Source: a virus
UHGV virus genome: UHGV-0207969
DNA: 42,130 bases
Reading direction: 5' to 3' (one strand)
This document shows, piece by piece, positions 35,051-42,130 of this stretch (its first letter is position 1; every line of letters begins with the position of its first letter). The position numbers and the translations under genes are program-made. The notes under the pieces were generated by a model. That model made no database searches and had not been told where the DNA came from. It worked only from the letters and a program-made list of their open reading frames with translations.

Positions 35051-36349
35051 TTAAAACATTCTCTTGATTTTGTTCCGCTTCTCTTTGGTAATGGTTGATT
35101 TCTTTTTAGCCCACATGTCTTCGTTAAATGCATACCTTGTCGCATCGATCGTATGGTTGTCTTTATCCTCTAACCTTGGTTTTGGATTTCCATCACGATC
35201 AGTTTGATAATCTATATTTTCAAATTCTTTAGCGATGTTCGGTGTTCGCAAGGGATCAATGCATATGAAGTCCAAATCATCTAACCATTGCTCGCCATAT
35301 TCGACGGAATCAGGTCCTTTTTTGACACCTTTAATATTTCTGATGCCGTGTTCGTTCACTAACTCAGCGTTACTTTTTGGTTCAGCAGAATCAGAGAATA
35401 TCTCATCATTTTGGTAACCTTTTTCGTGGAGTTTTTTCGCTAGCTCTCTATTACTAATCTTCACTCCGTAAATTTCATCTATTGCATAGATACCATTTTT
35501 CTTTTTGTCGTAATGCCATCTTACAAACGCTAGGGGATCAGTCGCATAACCGAAGTCATTCCCGTTTCGAATGTTATCGAAGTTAGCTACCATCTCATCA
35601 GTGATACTCCCTGGCACTACTTTCAAATTGTCGAAAGGTACAACGCCAGAACCGATTGCTTTACCATCATATTCCCACTCAGCTCGTCTAGGGTTCCTTG
35701 CTCTGGCTGCTTCGACTTCGCTCAGAAACTCCTTAGAGATAAAGGGGTTATCTTTATATGTTGAGTGATGAATGAATGTGTTTTTAGGCTGAAAGGATGT
35801 TTCATATTTTTTGTTTACCCATGATTGCTTCCGTTTTGGCGGATTATAACTGTAAAAGAATTTATAAAAAAGACCATCATCCAATTCTCCACGCAATAGG
35901 GAGTTGGTGATAGTCGTTACTTCATCTTCATTCTTAAATTCTGCTAGCTCCTCAATCCAACCAATCGCAAAAGGAAATTTGCTGTCCTTCAACGATTTAA
36001 TCCGTTCTGGATTTTGCGCACCACGAAATATCATGTAGTTACCACGAGGTTTATAAGTGATCCTCAATGGAGATTTATTAAACTTGAATAGGTGGGAAAC
36101 ACCTTGCTGTTCAATCGCCCATTTCATCTGTTCATACAAAGATTGCTCAAGCGTATTGTCAACATACCGAATCCCAACTGCATTTACAGCGTATCGCATT
36201 AGTAATTGAGTGATTATATGTGCAATATCCGATGATTTACCAGATCCACGTCCACCCTTACATACGATATTCAATATGTCAGAGTTAAGTGTAGCCCTCC
36301 ATACGCTATGAAACTTCTCAGGCAGTAATTCAGAAAGCTTTTTAGCCAT
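35051..36349 (-). CDS. terL: terminase large subunit
   Basis: Walker A CKGGRGSGKS near the N-terminus and a C-terminal nuclease region. ATGGCTAA overlap with the terS stop sets the start at MAKKLSELL. Confidence 0.9.
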   Translation of the reverse strand: MAKKLSELLPEKFHSVWRATLNSDILNIVCKGGRGSGKSSDIAHIITQLLMRYAVNAVGIRYVDNTLEQSLYEQMKWAIEQQGVSHLFKFNKSPLRITYKPRGNYMIFRGAQNPERIKSLKDSKFPFAIGWIEELAEFKNEDEVTTITNSLLRGELDDGLFYKFFYSYNPPKRKQSWVNKKYETSFQPKNTFIHHSTYKDNPFISKEFLSEVEAARARNPRRAEWEYDGKAIGSGVVPFDNLKVVPGSITDEMVANFDNIRNGNDFGYATDPLAFVRWHYDKKKNGIYAIDEIYGVKISNRELAKKLHEKGYQNDEIFSDSAEPKSNAELVNEHGIRNIKGVKKGPDSVEYGEQWLDDLDFICIDPLRTPNIAKEFENIDYQTDRDGNPKPRLEDKDNHTIDATRYAFNEDMWAKKKSTITKEKRNKIKRMF

Positions 36350-36692
36350 CGTCTTCACTACCGATATCATCGATAAATGTAGGAACTTCTGTGACCGACA
36401 TTTCAGATACTTCAACAGGTTTATGCCCCGTTCTGTCCAAAATATCTTTTGCTGCGTTAAATCTAACTAGCTCGCTTTTAGCTGTCAGCAGTTCTTCCAT
36501 CGTTCGAATAGATTTGCTAGATAAGTCTTTGAGAAATTTCTTTTCTTCGGCTGTCTTCAAATCTTCAAAATCTTTTCTTTTTTTCCATCTTGAAATAGTT
36601 TCTTCTGTAACATCAAGTTCTTTGGCGATTTCTCGTTGAGTCAATGACGTTCTAACCATTAAGACTATTGCTTTTTCATAATTATTAGCCAT
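36342..36692 (-). CDS. terS: terminase small subunit
   Basis: 116 aa with an N-terminal HTH (TQREIAKELDVTEETISRWKK). Immediately upstream of and overlapping terL. Confidence 0.7.
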   Translation of the reverse strand: MANNYEKAIVLMVRTSLTQREIAKELDVTEETISRWKKRKDFEDLKTAEEKKFLKDLSSKSIRTMEELLTAKSELVRFNAAKDILDRTGHKPVEVSEMSVTEVPTFIDDIGSEDDG

Positions 36693-36695
36693 TGT

Positions 36696-37334
36696 CTAAA
36701 ACACCTCCGAACTTGACTTTTTTTGAGCGTATCTGAATACTTCTTCCATATCTAAAATGCTAGTCCGCTTAATTGCCTCTATATAATTATTTTTCAGTTT
36801 GGTTATCGTTTTAGCTACTACTCTAGCTTCTGTTTCATATTCACACTCTAAATACAAAAGGATGGTATTCAGCAAAGCAAAATTTATCATCTCTTTAGAA
36901 TTTTCAATATTAGGTTTGAATTTTTTGTTATACTCATGAACCTTTTTGATAAACCTAATTTGCTTGTCAGATAACTGACGATTTACCTTAACTCTTCTGT
37001 CCGCTCCGTCGCCACCGTGAGTTAAATTGTACCCTTCTCCAAACGATTTAAAATAATCGATATAATCTATTTCTTTTTCGAATAATTCTAGCTCATTTTC
37101 CGCAACATCGATTCTTTGTATGCAAAAGTTTTCCACACCATGTTTTCTTATAGCTCTACCTATAAGACTATTAGCTTTGCAATGCTCGGAGAATCTTTCT
37201 TCTAAGCTTCTTCTGGTGATTCCTACATACTTTTTATTATTAGTTTTGTTCGTAATAAGATAAACGATGCCATATACTTCCTTAGTGATGATGTACTCAT
37301 CAGCAAAAGCTAGTTGTCTTGGATTTAAACTCAT
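36696..37334 (-). CDS. GIY-YIG homing endonuclease (free-standing)
   Basis: N-terminal YGIVYLITNKTNNKKYVGITRRSLEERFSEH is the GIY-YIG motif with the downstream R and E. C-terminal DNA-binding region. Confidence 0.8.
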   Translation of the reverse strand: MSLNPRQLAFADEYIITKEVYGIVYLITNKTNNKKYVGITRRSLEERFSEHCKANSLIGRAIRKHGVENFCIQRIDVAENELELFEKEIDYIDYFKSFGEGYNLTHGGDGADRRVKVNRQLSDKQIRFIKKVHEYNKKFKPNIENSKEMINFALLNTILLYLECEYETEARVVAKTITKLKNNYIEAIKRTSILDMEEVFRYAQKKSSSEVF

Positions 37335-37360
37335 TTTCCATCACCACTTCCATTTAAAAA

Positions 37361-37717
37361 TTATTCAGCGCTATTTTTGTATACGACATTCCCGTAGTTT
37401 TTCATAATCAACATTGCGCCTTCACGCTCATACTGCTTAATGAATTCTTCAACGTTTGTTTTCGTGCGGGATACTACTGTGATTTCTATATACAATAACT
37501 GTTTCCAAGTGTCTTTCGTATCTCCGCGTACGATTTCCACATTCACATAGTTCCCACTCCATACTGGTTTAATGTCATTGCTAATCAGCTTACCCTCTTT
37601 ATCCAGGATAGGATTCTCGGTGAAGTATCTTTCGTTCTCGCCTTCAATCGCCTTTTTATATGCTTCAGCGAATTTAGATTCCACACTTACTCTTAATAAC
37701 GCTTCATAGAATTTCAT
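37361..37717 (-). CDS. hypothetical protein
   Basis: 118 aa. RBS AAGGAGGTAGGCGC. Confidence 0.5.
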   Translation of the reverse strand: MKFYEALLRVSVESKFAEAYKKAIEGENERYFTENPILDKEGKLISNDIKPVWSGNYVNVEIVRGDTKDTWKQLLYIEITVVSRTKTNVEEFIKQYEREGAMLIMKNYGNVVYKNSAE

Positions 37718-37738
37718 GCGCCTACCTCCTTAAATCAA

Positions 37739-37909
37739 TCACCAAAAAAAGCTACATATCGGTATCATTACTATCATAAATGTGAGATACCATCTTCCTA
37801 ATCTCAGGAACGAATCTCCACCCACACTCTTTTCTATTTGCTTCATCTGCCAAGGAATAGCGAGATATAATGCAATTGCTATCAAAACGTAAACAATAAA
37901 TTTAAGCAT
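37739..37909 (-). CDS. small membrane protein (56 aa)
   Basis: RBS AGGAGGTATCAAA before the ATG at 37909. Two hydrophobic stretches. Below the track cut-off. Confidence 0.3.
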   Translation of the reverse strand: MLKFIVYVLIAIALYLAIPWQMKQIEKSVGGDSFLRLGRWYLTFMIVMIPICSFFW

Positions 37910-38126
37910 TTTGATACCTCCTTAATCTCTCCACAATATGCGGATCACTCTTCCAGCCATGCCCGATGTATATAAGCCTATGCCGATCGATATACTCATC
38001 GTCAAACTCTGCATAGCATTCCAACAGAGTGTGCTTGGGTTTGAGTTGCGCTTGTCTGATGTTAGCGTGTGATAGTATGCCTATGGATAGTTGTAAGTAA
38101 TAGTAGAATCTTAGGTCATATGTCAT
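37902..38126 (-). CDS. hypothetical protein
   Basis: 74-aa ORF. Its start overlaps the stop of the phosphoesterase gene. Confidence 0.4.
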   Translation of the reverse strand: MTYDLRFYYYLQLSIGILSHANIRQAQLKPKHTLLECYAEFDDEYIDRHRLIYIGHGWKSDPHIVERLRRYQNA

Positions 38127-39381
38127 ACGTCACCCTCAACCTTTCGCTATCATACTCAAACAACTGCAATACTTTCTTGCCCATCGTCCAACCATTCTCA
38201 ATCTCATAGCTGTCATTAGGCTTGATTGTGCCTAGCTGCCGATGAATCACGCCTTGGTAGTCGTTCGTCTGTTGCGTGTGGAAATGACCAGTGATTATCT
38301 CTCGTGTAGTTGCATTGCTCCACATACTTGGGAATTCGGTAGCAAACAACATAGGCAAATCCTTCCGCTTGCCATACTGCCCATGCGTAATCATGATCGC
38401 TACGTTGTCCAACATGAACGCTTGACGGTACTTGTTGTGATAATTTACTTTGATATCTGGATACTTGGCTTCTAGGAATAACAGAAACATGTACTCCAAA
38501 TTTTCCGAATGGTTTCCGCCCGCATGCTCGACAGTCACTTTGAGAGAGTGTCTTGCACATTCGGTAATCAGCACATCAAAAAAGGAGCGAGCGTCCTTGA
38601 TAGCTGTCTCCATATTTACATCGTCTAGTACTGTGCCAGCCATCGTGACTGACTTCTTAAGCTGGCTGCTATGAAATAAATCTCCAAGCTGACCAATAAC
38701 AATCTGCTTATAGCCTTTTGAGATAACTTCAATCATTCTCGCTAGCTTATCTTGTAAATCTTCTAGCTTAGTGATGCCAAAATGCCAATCAGCCAAACCG
38801 ATGAATAAGTTTCTGTCACCCGTCTTGATTGCGGTTAGTTTTACTGGCTCAATCGATTCGGTGAAGGCAGATGCATTAAACGCCTTGTGCTTTGGCTTCA
38901 CCACAAACTTCAACTGCTGATTCCATTTCTGGATATCCGCTGTTGTGGTCGTCCACTCATTGGTGGTCACTTGAGATATCTCCCACTCTTGCGGATCATA
39001 GCCCTTGTACTTGAGAATGTCTTCTGGCGTTTTGCTGTCCTTCTGGTAGAAAGCCATCTTCACATCGAATTCAGCTTGGGAGATAGTGCCATCAATGTTA
39101 TATCGTTTGTTTTCGTTGATTGATTGACCATCTATGTTGCGAGGTGGCGTTACTTTATTCAATCGTTGACGTTTGCTTTTTACACTAGTCTTGGTAAATT
39201 CTCTACCATACTCGTTTGATAATATGATTGCTATTTCTTTGTTGGTATAACCTTCATTGATTAAATCTTTGAGCCTATCAATTTCTTGTTCCGTCCAGTT
39301 TATGTCTGCCACCTCGCTTTTCTGCAAAATAAAAAGCCACTCGCAAGGAGTGACTAATAAACGACTGAAACGTATTAGCAT
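38116..39381 (-). CDS. HTH-domain protein fused to a calcineurin-like metallophosphoesterase
   Basis: Phosphoesterase motifs in order: GLADWHFG, QLGDLFH, GGNHSE, ITHGQ, ITGHFH. N-terminal INWTEQEIDRLKDLINEGYTNKEIAIIL looks HTH-like. The start is uncertain because there is no strong RBS. Confidence 0.65.
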   Translation of the reverse strand: MLIRFSRLLVTPCEWLFILQKSEVADINWTEQEIDRLKDLINEGYTNKEIAIILSNEYGREFTKTSVKSKRQRLNKVTPPRNIDGQSINENKRYNIDGTISQAEFDVKMAFYQKDSKTPEDILKYKGYDPQEWEISQVTTNEWTTTTADIQKWNQQLKFVVKPKHKAFNASAFTESIEPVKLTAIKTGDRNLFIGLADWHFGITKLEDLQDKLARMIEVISKGYKQIVIGQLGDLFHSSQLKKSVTMAGTVLDDVNMETAIKDARSFFDVLITECARHSLKVTVEHAGGNHSENLEYMFLLFLEAKYPDIKVNYHNKYRQAFMLDNVAIMITHGQYGKRKDLPMLFATEFPSMWSNATTREIITGHFHTQQTNDYQGVIHRQLGTIKPNDSYEIENGWTMGKKVLQLFEYDSERLRVTYDI

Positions 39382-39532
39382 TATTAAGAGGCTCTTTCAG
39401 TTTTGTTCAATTAAAGCAACCTACACGAGCCCGACGTCCGCTCCTCCGCCCTTCCACAGCCTCAGTTGCTTTCATAGTTAGTTCGCCTTCGGTAGCGAAA
39501 CACCAAGTTTTAATGGGATAACTATAAACCCT

Positions 39533-39636
39533 ACGTAAGCGACAGGATTCGAACCTGCAAACGACTGCATCTGGCGCGCATCCTTTATAAGCAGTCACGG
39601 TCGGCACCGCGCGTTTTTCCATTTTCGCCACACTTA
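39533..39636 (-). ncRNA. tRNA-like element (104 nt), non-canonical length
   Basis: 7-bp acceptor pairing GTAAGTG/CGCTTAC. U8, D-arm GCG-AAAATGGAAAAA-CGC and T-arm GCAGG-TTCGAAT-CCTGT. A central region of about 50 nt does not fold as a normal anticodon/variable arm by eye. Confidence 0.35.
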
Positions 39637-39638
39637 CT

Positions 39639-39776
39639 ATGTCACTGGCAAGGATTTGCACCTTGCATGTCGCATAACCTTCGGCAAAATAAAGCCTTAC
39701 GTTTCGTCTTGTGATTAACGCTCTTTACCTATGAAGGACTTACCGTATTAAGCGTCTACCTATTCCGCCACAGTGA
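39639..39776 (-). ncRNA. second tRNA-like element (138 nt) in tandem
   Basis: Acceptor pairing GTCACTG/CAGTGAC. D-arm GCGG-AATAGGTAGA-CGC and T-arm-like GCAAGG-TGCAAAT-CCTTGC. Far too long for a standard tRNA. Confidence 0.3.
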
Positions 39777-39895
39777 CTATCACCCACAGAATAATTTTTA
39801 CGTATCAAAAGGAGGTTGAATGCCGTTGTGCTTGTGGGCGATATCTGATAATACTAATTTACCACGTTTTTAGACCTCGAAAGTTTGAAAATCGT

Positions 39896-40309
39896 TTAAA
39901 TATCAAGGCTTCTATCCAATTCCTCGAAGAATTTGTCTCTTAAAGTGAATGCTTTATTCCTACCGCACTTGATAACTAGATTATCAACCAACCCTTGCAT
40001 AGTGTATTGCGGAAATCGTTTGATATACAACTCTCGAATGATCGTCTCAGTGTCACTGCCGCACTCATCGAGAAGTTCTTGTACAATCTCCTTATTGCGT
40101 TTCAACCGCCGAATCTGCTTATCCGTCTCGATGGTCCACAATGTGCCAAACATTGTATCACTGTCGCTTCTTGTTCCCTTGATATCCCCATTAACATCCT
40201 CTTCTCGATACGGAACTCGAATCTCTTCTTCAAGCTTTCTGACGTACTTATCCGTATCTCGGTAATCTTTCAACACTGCCTTGACTCGTTCAACACGCCA
40301 TTTCTCCAA
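39896..40309 (-). CDS. ArpU-family late transcription regulator
   Basis: 137 aa in the typical position upstream of the packaging genes. Layout MEKWRVERVKAVLKDYRD...IKRFPQYTMQGLVDNL matches ArpU (assigned from recall). Confidence 0.6.
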   Translation of the reverse strand: MEKWRVERVKAVLKDYRDTDKYVRKLEEEIRVPYREEDVNGDIKGTRSDSDTMFGTLWTIETDKQIRRLKRNKEIVQELLDECGSDTETIIRELYIKRFPQYTMQGLVDNLVIKCGRNKAFTLRDKFFEELDRSLDI

Positions 40310-40347
40310 TCACTTGCCCTCCCTGTTTGTCTACATATTTTTTACTT

Positions 40348-40668
40348 TTAAATAAACATCATCACAATCCAACCGATGAGCATAAACATTAAATTGATTA
40401 ATAAGACTCTTATAAAGCTGCTCAAAATCGTTTCATTGTCATTGTTGGGTTGTTTCTGCATAACGATAAAGCTCACTACCACGTCTAATCCTGTTGCTTG
40501 TCCCCAAGTTAAAAGAGGCAGCCCGAACGTTTGAGGGATAACCCCATTCCAAAGGAACATAACCACATATCCCCCAAATGCGATTGAGAACCCTAAAACC
40601 GCAAACGCTCCAATCATTTTCAAAAATCCCACAGCAGCTTCGCCTAATAATTCTTTTTCTTCATTCAT
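40348..40668 (-). CDS. membrane protein, hypothetical
   Basis: 106 aa with three hydrophobic helices. Confidence 0.45.
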   Translation of the reverse strand: MNEEKELLGEAAVGFLKMIGAFAVLGFSIAFGGYVVMFLWNGVIPQTFGLPLLTWGQATGLDVVVSFIVMQKQPNNDNETILSSFIRVLLINLMFMLIGWIVMMFI

Positions 40669-40723
40669 TAAATTTTCTCCTTTTCATTGTTTTTTTGACT
40701 GGCCTTATACTTTTCTTCGGCAA

Positions 40724-41020
40724 TCACTTGTCCTCCTCGACCAGAACGCCTTCCCAAGCTTTCAGGGTTCGTTCAAATAAGTTATCCGTAAAATTCATTT
40801 CTCCATTCTCAAACACCAATTTATAACCGCCATCGATCTTATATGCGGTGTATACTTCGCCAACCAAGCAATAGCGCCCTTCGCTTTCAAAACTATCGAT
40901 ACAAATAAAATGTCTGTCTTTCATTTCATTGCCCTCCTCATTATCTTCCTTACCAAAAATCACACTTGCAACCACTGTCGCTGCGACTGCGAGAAAAATC
41001 GCTACTGCAAAGTCCATCAT
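40724..41020 (-). CDS. hypothetical protein, paralog of 1128-1352
   Basis: Shares the IDGGYKLVFENGEMNFTDNLFER block with ORF 1128-1352. N-terminal hydrophobic segment. Confidence 0.5.
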   Translation of the reverse strand: MMDFAVAIFLAVAATVVASVIFGKEDNEEGNEMKDRHFICIDSFESEGRYCLVGEVYTAYKIDGGYKLVFENGEMNFTDNLFERTLKAWEGVLVEEDK

Positions 41021-41031
41021 TTATCCTCCAT

Positions 41032-41280
41032 TTACAAGATAGCTTTGATTTTCTTCAGCTGCTTTTTCTTGATTCTAGATTTCTTTGTCCTTCGATAGAT
41101 TTGATGATATTTCTTGACCCTTGGATCTCTTGATTGTTTGATTTCGATATTTAGAACAGCTTCATCCATTGATGCGCCGAATAGCCTAAAAGCGTTTGAT
41201 ATGCCATTAGCTATTTCCTCTATTGATTCGCAGACACTTGTAAGCAATCTTTGACTCGTTTCATCTGATGCCATTTTCAC
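41032..41280 (-). CDS. hypothetical protein with a basic C-terminal tail
   Basis: 82-aa ORF. C-terminus KKYHQIYRRTKKSRIKKKQLKKIKAIL. Confidence 0.4.
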   Translation of the reverse strand: MKMASDETSQRLLTSVCESIEEIANGISNAFRLFGASMDEAVLNIEIKQSRDPRVKKYHQIYRRTKKSRIKKKQLKKIKAIL

Positions 41281-41477
41281 CCTCCACTTTCCATCGCATC
41301 TCGCACTAGCGGATCGTTGATAATAATCTTGTACTTCATTTGTTCATGCTGCAGCTGTTCTTGTAACTGCTCAATTTGTTTCTGCTGGTCCACAATTGTA
41401 TAGGATAGCCAACTTAACCCTGCGATCGTCAGCAGTATTGATATCATAGCTAGTACTGTATAATGATTAAATTTCAT
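41277..41477 (-). CDS. small membrane protein
   Basis: Start chosen at MKFNHYTVLAM (ATG at 41477) to avoid a long overlap with YopX. One TM followed by a coiled coil. Confidence 0.35.
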   Translation of the reverse strand: MKFNHYTVLAMISILLTIAGLSWLSYTIVDQQKQIEQLQEQLQHEQMKYKIIINDPLVRDAMESGG

Positions 41478-41841
41478 TGGCTGGCTCCAATAGTTCTGGG
41501 TTCTCGTAGATATTGCCACATACAACGCAATAATCTTTGATGTTATATAGCCAATCCTCATCCCCTGCTGTGAAAGTTCCATTCTCGAAAACTATTTTTT
41601 CATAGTAGTGATATCCATGTTCAGAATACTTAATTACTACTATATCCCCCTCGAAAATCTCCACGCCGTTCTTGTCTTTCAAGCCAGTGAATTGTATGAG
41701 TTCGATTTCCCTGAACCAAAACCACTCACCGATGGTAGCTTTCCCAATCTGTAAACAATACATATTCCTGCTAAAATCTATTGCTAAAACATTGTGCATC
41801 GTTTTAGCCTCAACTAAAAATGCTCTAAATTTTGGTACCAT
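41467..41841 (-). CDS. YopX-family protein
   Basis: FRAFLVEAKTM...KDKNGVEIFEGDIVV...CGNIYENPELL resembles the YopX pattern (FRAWDK, KDKNGKEIYEGDIV, IGNIYENPELL) by recall. Confidence 0.6.
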   Translation of the reverse strand: MVPKFRAFLVEAKTMHNVLAIDFSRNMYCLQIGKATIGEWFWFREIELIQFTGLKDKNGVEIFEGDIVVIKYSEHGYHYYEKIVFENGTFTAGDEDWLYNIKDYCVVCGNIYENPELLEPANEI

Positions 41842-41842
41842 C

Positions 41843-42109
41843 TTATCCCTCCTCTATTCGCAAGTTCGGAAAATGATCCGCGTATAATTCTGTTACTCCG
41901 AATACATTTTGTTTGTCAACAGTCCTTATTGCACTTGTGTAGTAAGCGCCTGTTCCCGATGTTAAGTAAATCCACTTTGCAAAATCAGCTGATACCTTTA
42001 GGACGATAATTCTGTTCTTATGCTTCACACCACAATTCAGTAGGATCGGCACGTTCCCATTCTTATCCTTATGAGAATCTATATAGTCATTAGCTAAGAT
42101 TTTTATCAC
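41843..42109 (-). CDS. hypothetical protein
   Basis: 88-aa ORF. The track start is a GTG with a weak RBS, so the true start is uncertain. Confidence 0.4.
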   Translation of the reverse strand: MIKILANDYIDSHKDKNGNVPILLNCGVKHKNRIIVLKVSADFAKWIYLTSGTGAYYTSAIRTVDKQNVFGVTELYADHFPNLRIEEG

Positions 42110-42130
42110 CTCTCTGACAATCAGCTATCG

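Noticed and set aside
39407-39661. 84-aa minus-strand ORF across the GC-rich block and the tRNA-like element
   Set aside because: No RBS. Arg-rich translation typical of reading through GC-rich structured RNA. Overlaps elements with better RNA-like evidence.
39480-39800. tmRNA (ssrA) or an attachment-site tRNA fragment
   Set aside because: The 5' segments do not resemble a tmRNA 5' end (no GGGG...TTCGAC start, no tag-peptide reading frame was found). The region is about 28 kb from int, so an att core is unlikely here.
42091-42130. Terminal redundancy between window end (ctgacaatcagc) and start (ctgacgattacg)
   Set aside because: Only about 9 of 12 bases match. Too short and imperfect to call a repeat. 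Probably chance.

Overview
The window reads as one complete, circularly permuted genome of a temperate siphovirus from a low-GC Firmicute, probably an Enterococcus-type phage; GC looks to be in the high 30s % by eye. There are no host genes at either end. A minus-strand ORF that runs off position 1 would close cleanly at 42121-42123 if the ends are joined. Read on the minus strand and wrapping around, the order is canonical. The lysogeny switch comes first (int 10556-11683, cI 9817-10455, divergent cro 9669-9472). Early genes follow (ERF, DUF1351, HNH-like, replisome organizer, RusA, SSB, DUF3850, YopX). ArpU (40309-39896) comes next, then a non-coding tRNA-like region, an HTH-metallophosphoesterase gene and a GIY-YIG homing endonuclease. 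TerS, terL and portal follow. The SPP1-like head module comes next (MuF, scaffold, major capsid protein, connectors). The tail module follows (major tail, G/GT chaperones, tape measure, Dit, Tal with M23 peptidase, pectate-lyase-like spike). Holin and an amidase endolysin close the late genes. Between the endolysin and int there is an IS3-family insertion (14719-16241) and a plus-strand cargo block: a SHOCT/glycine-zipper membrane protein, a LysM lipoprotein, a coupled pair of small proteins, and an AT-rich HEXXH (ImmA-like) metallopeptidase gene. That block is my best candidate for an uncharacterised defence or exclusion locus. Three other signals stand out. An Ig-like (Big_2) ORF with no start codon sits in the -1 frame at the 3' end of the capsid gene, which suggests a programmed frameshift extension. 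The major capsid protein and scaffold N-termini both carry an L27/Prp-cleavage-like LQ(F/Y)FA motif. Two tandem tRNA-like elements lie next to a phage HTH-metallophosphoesterase. All calls come from reading the sequence by eye and from motif recall. No database search or fold prediction was run.
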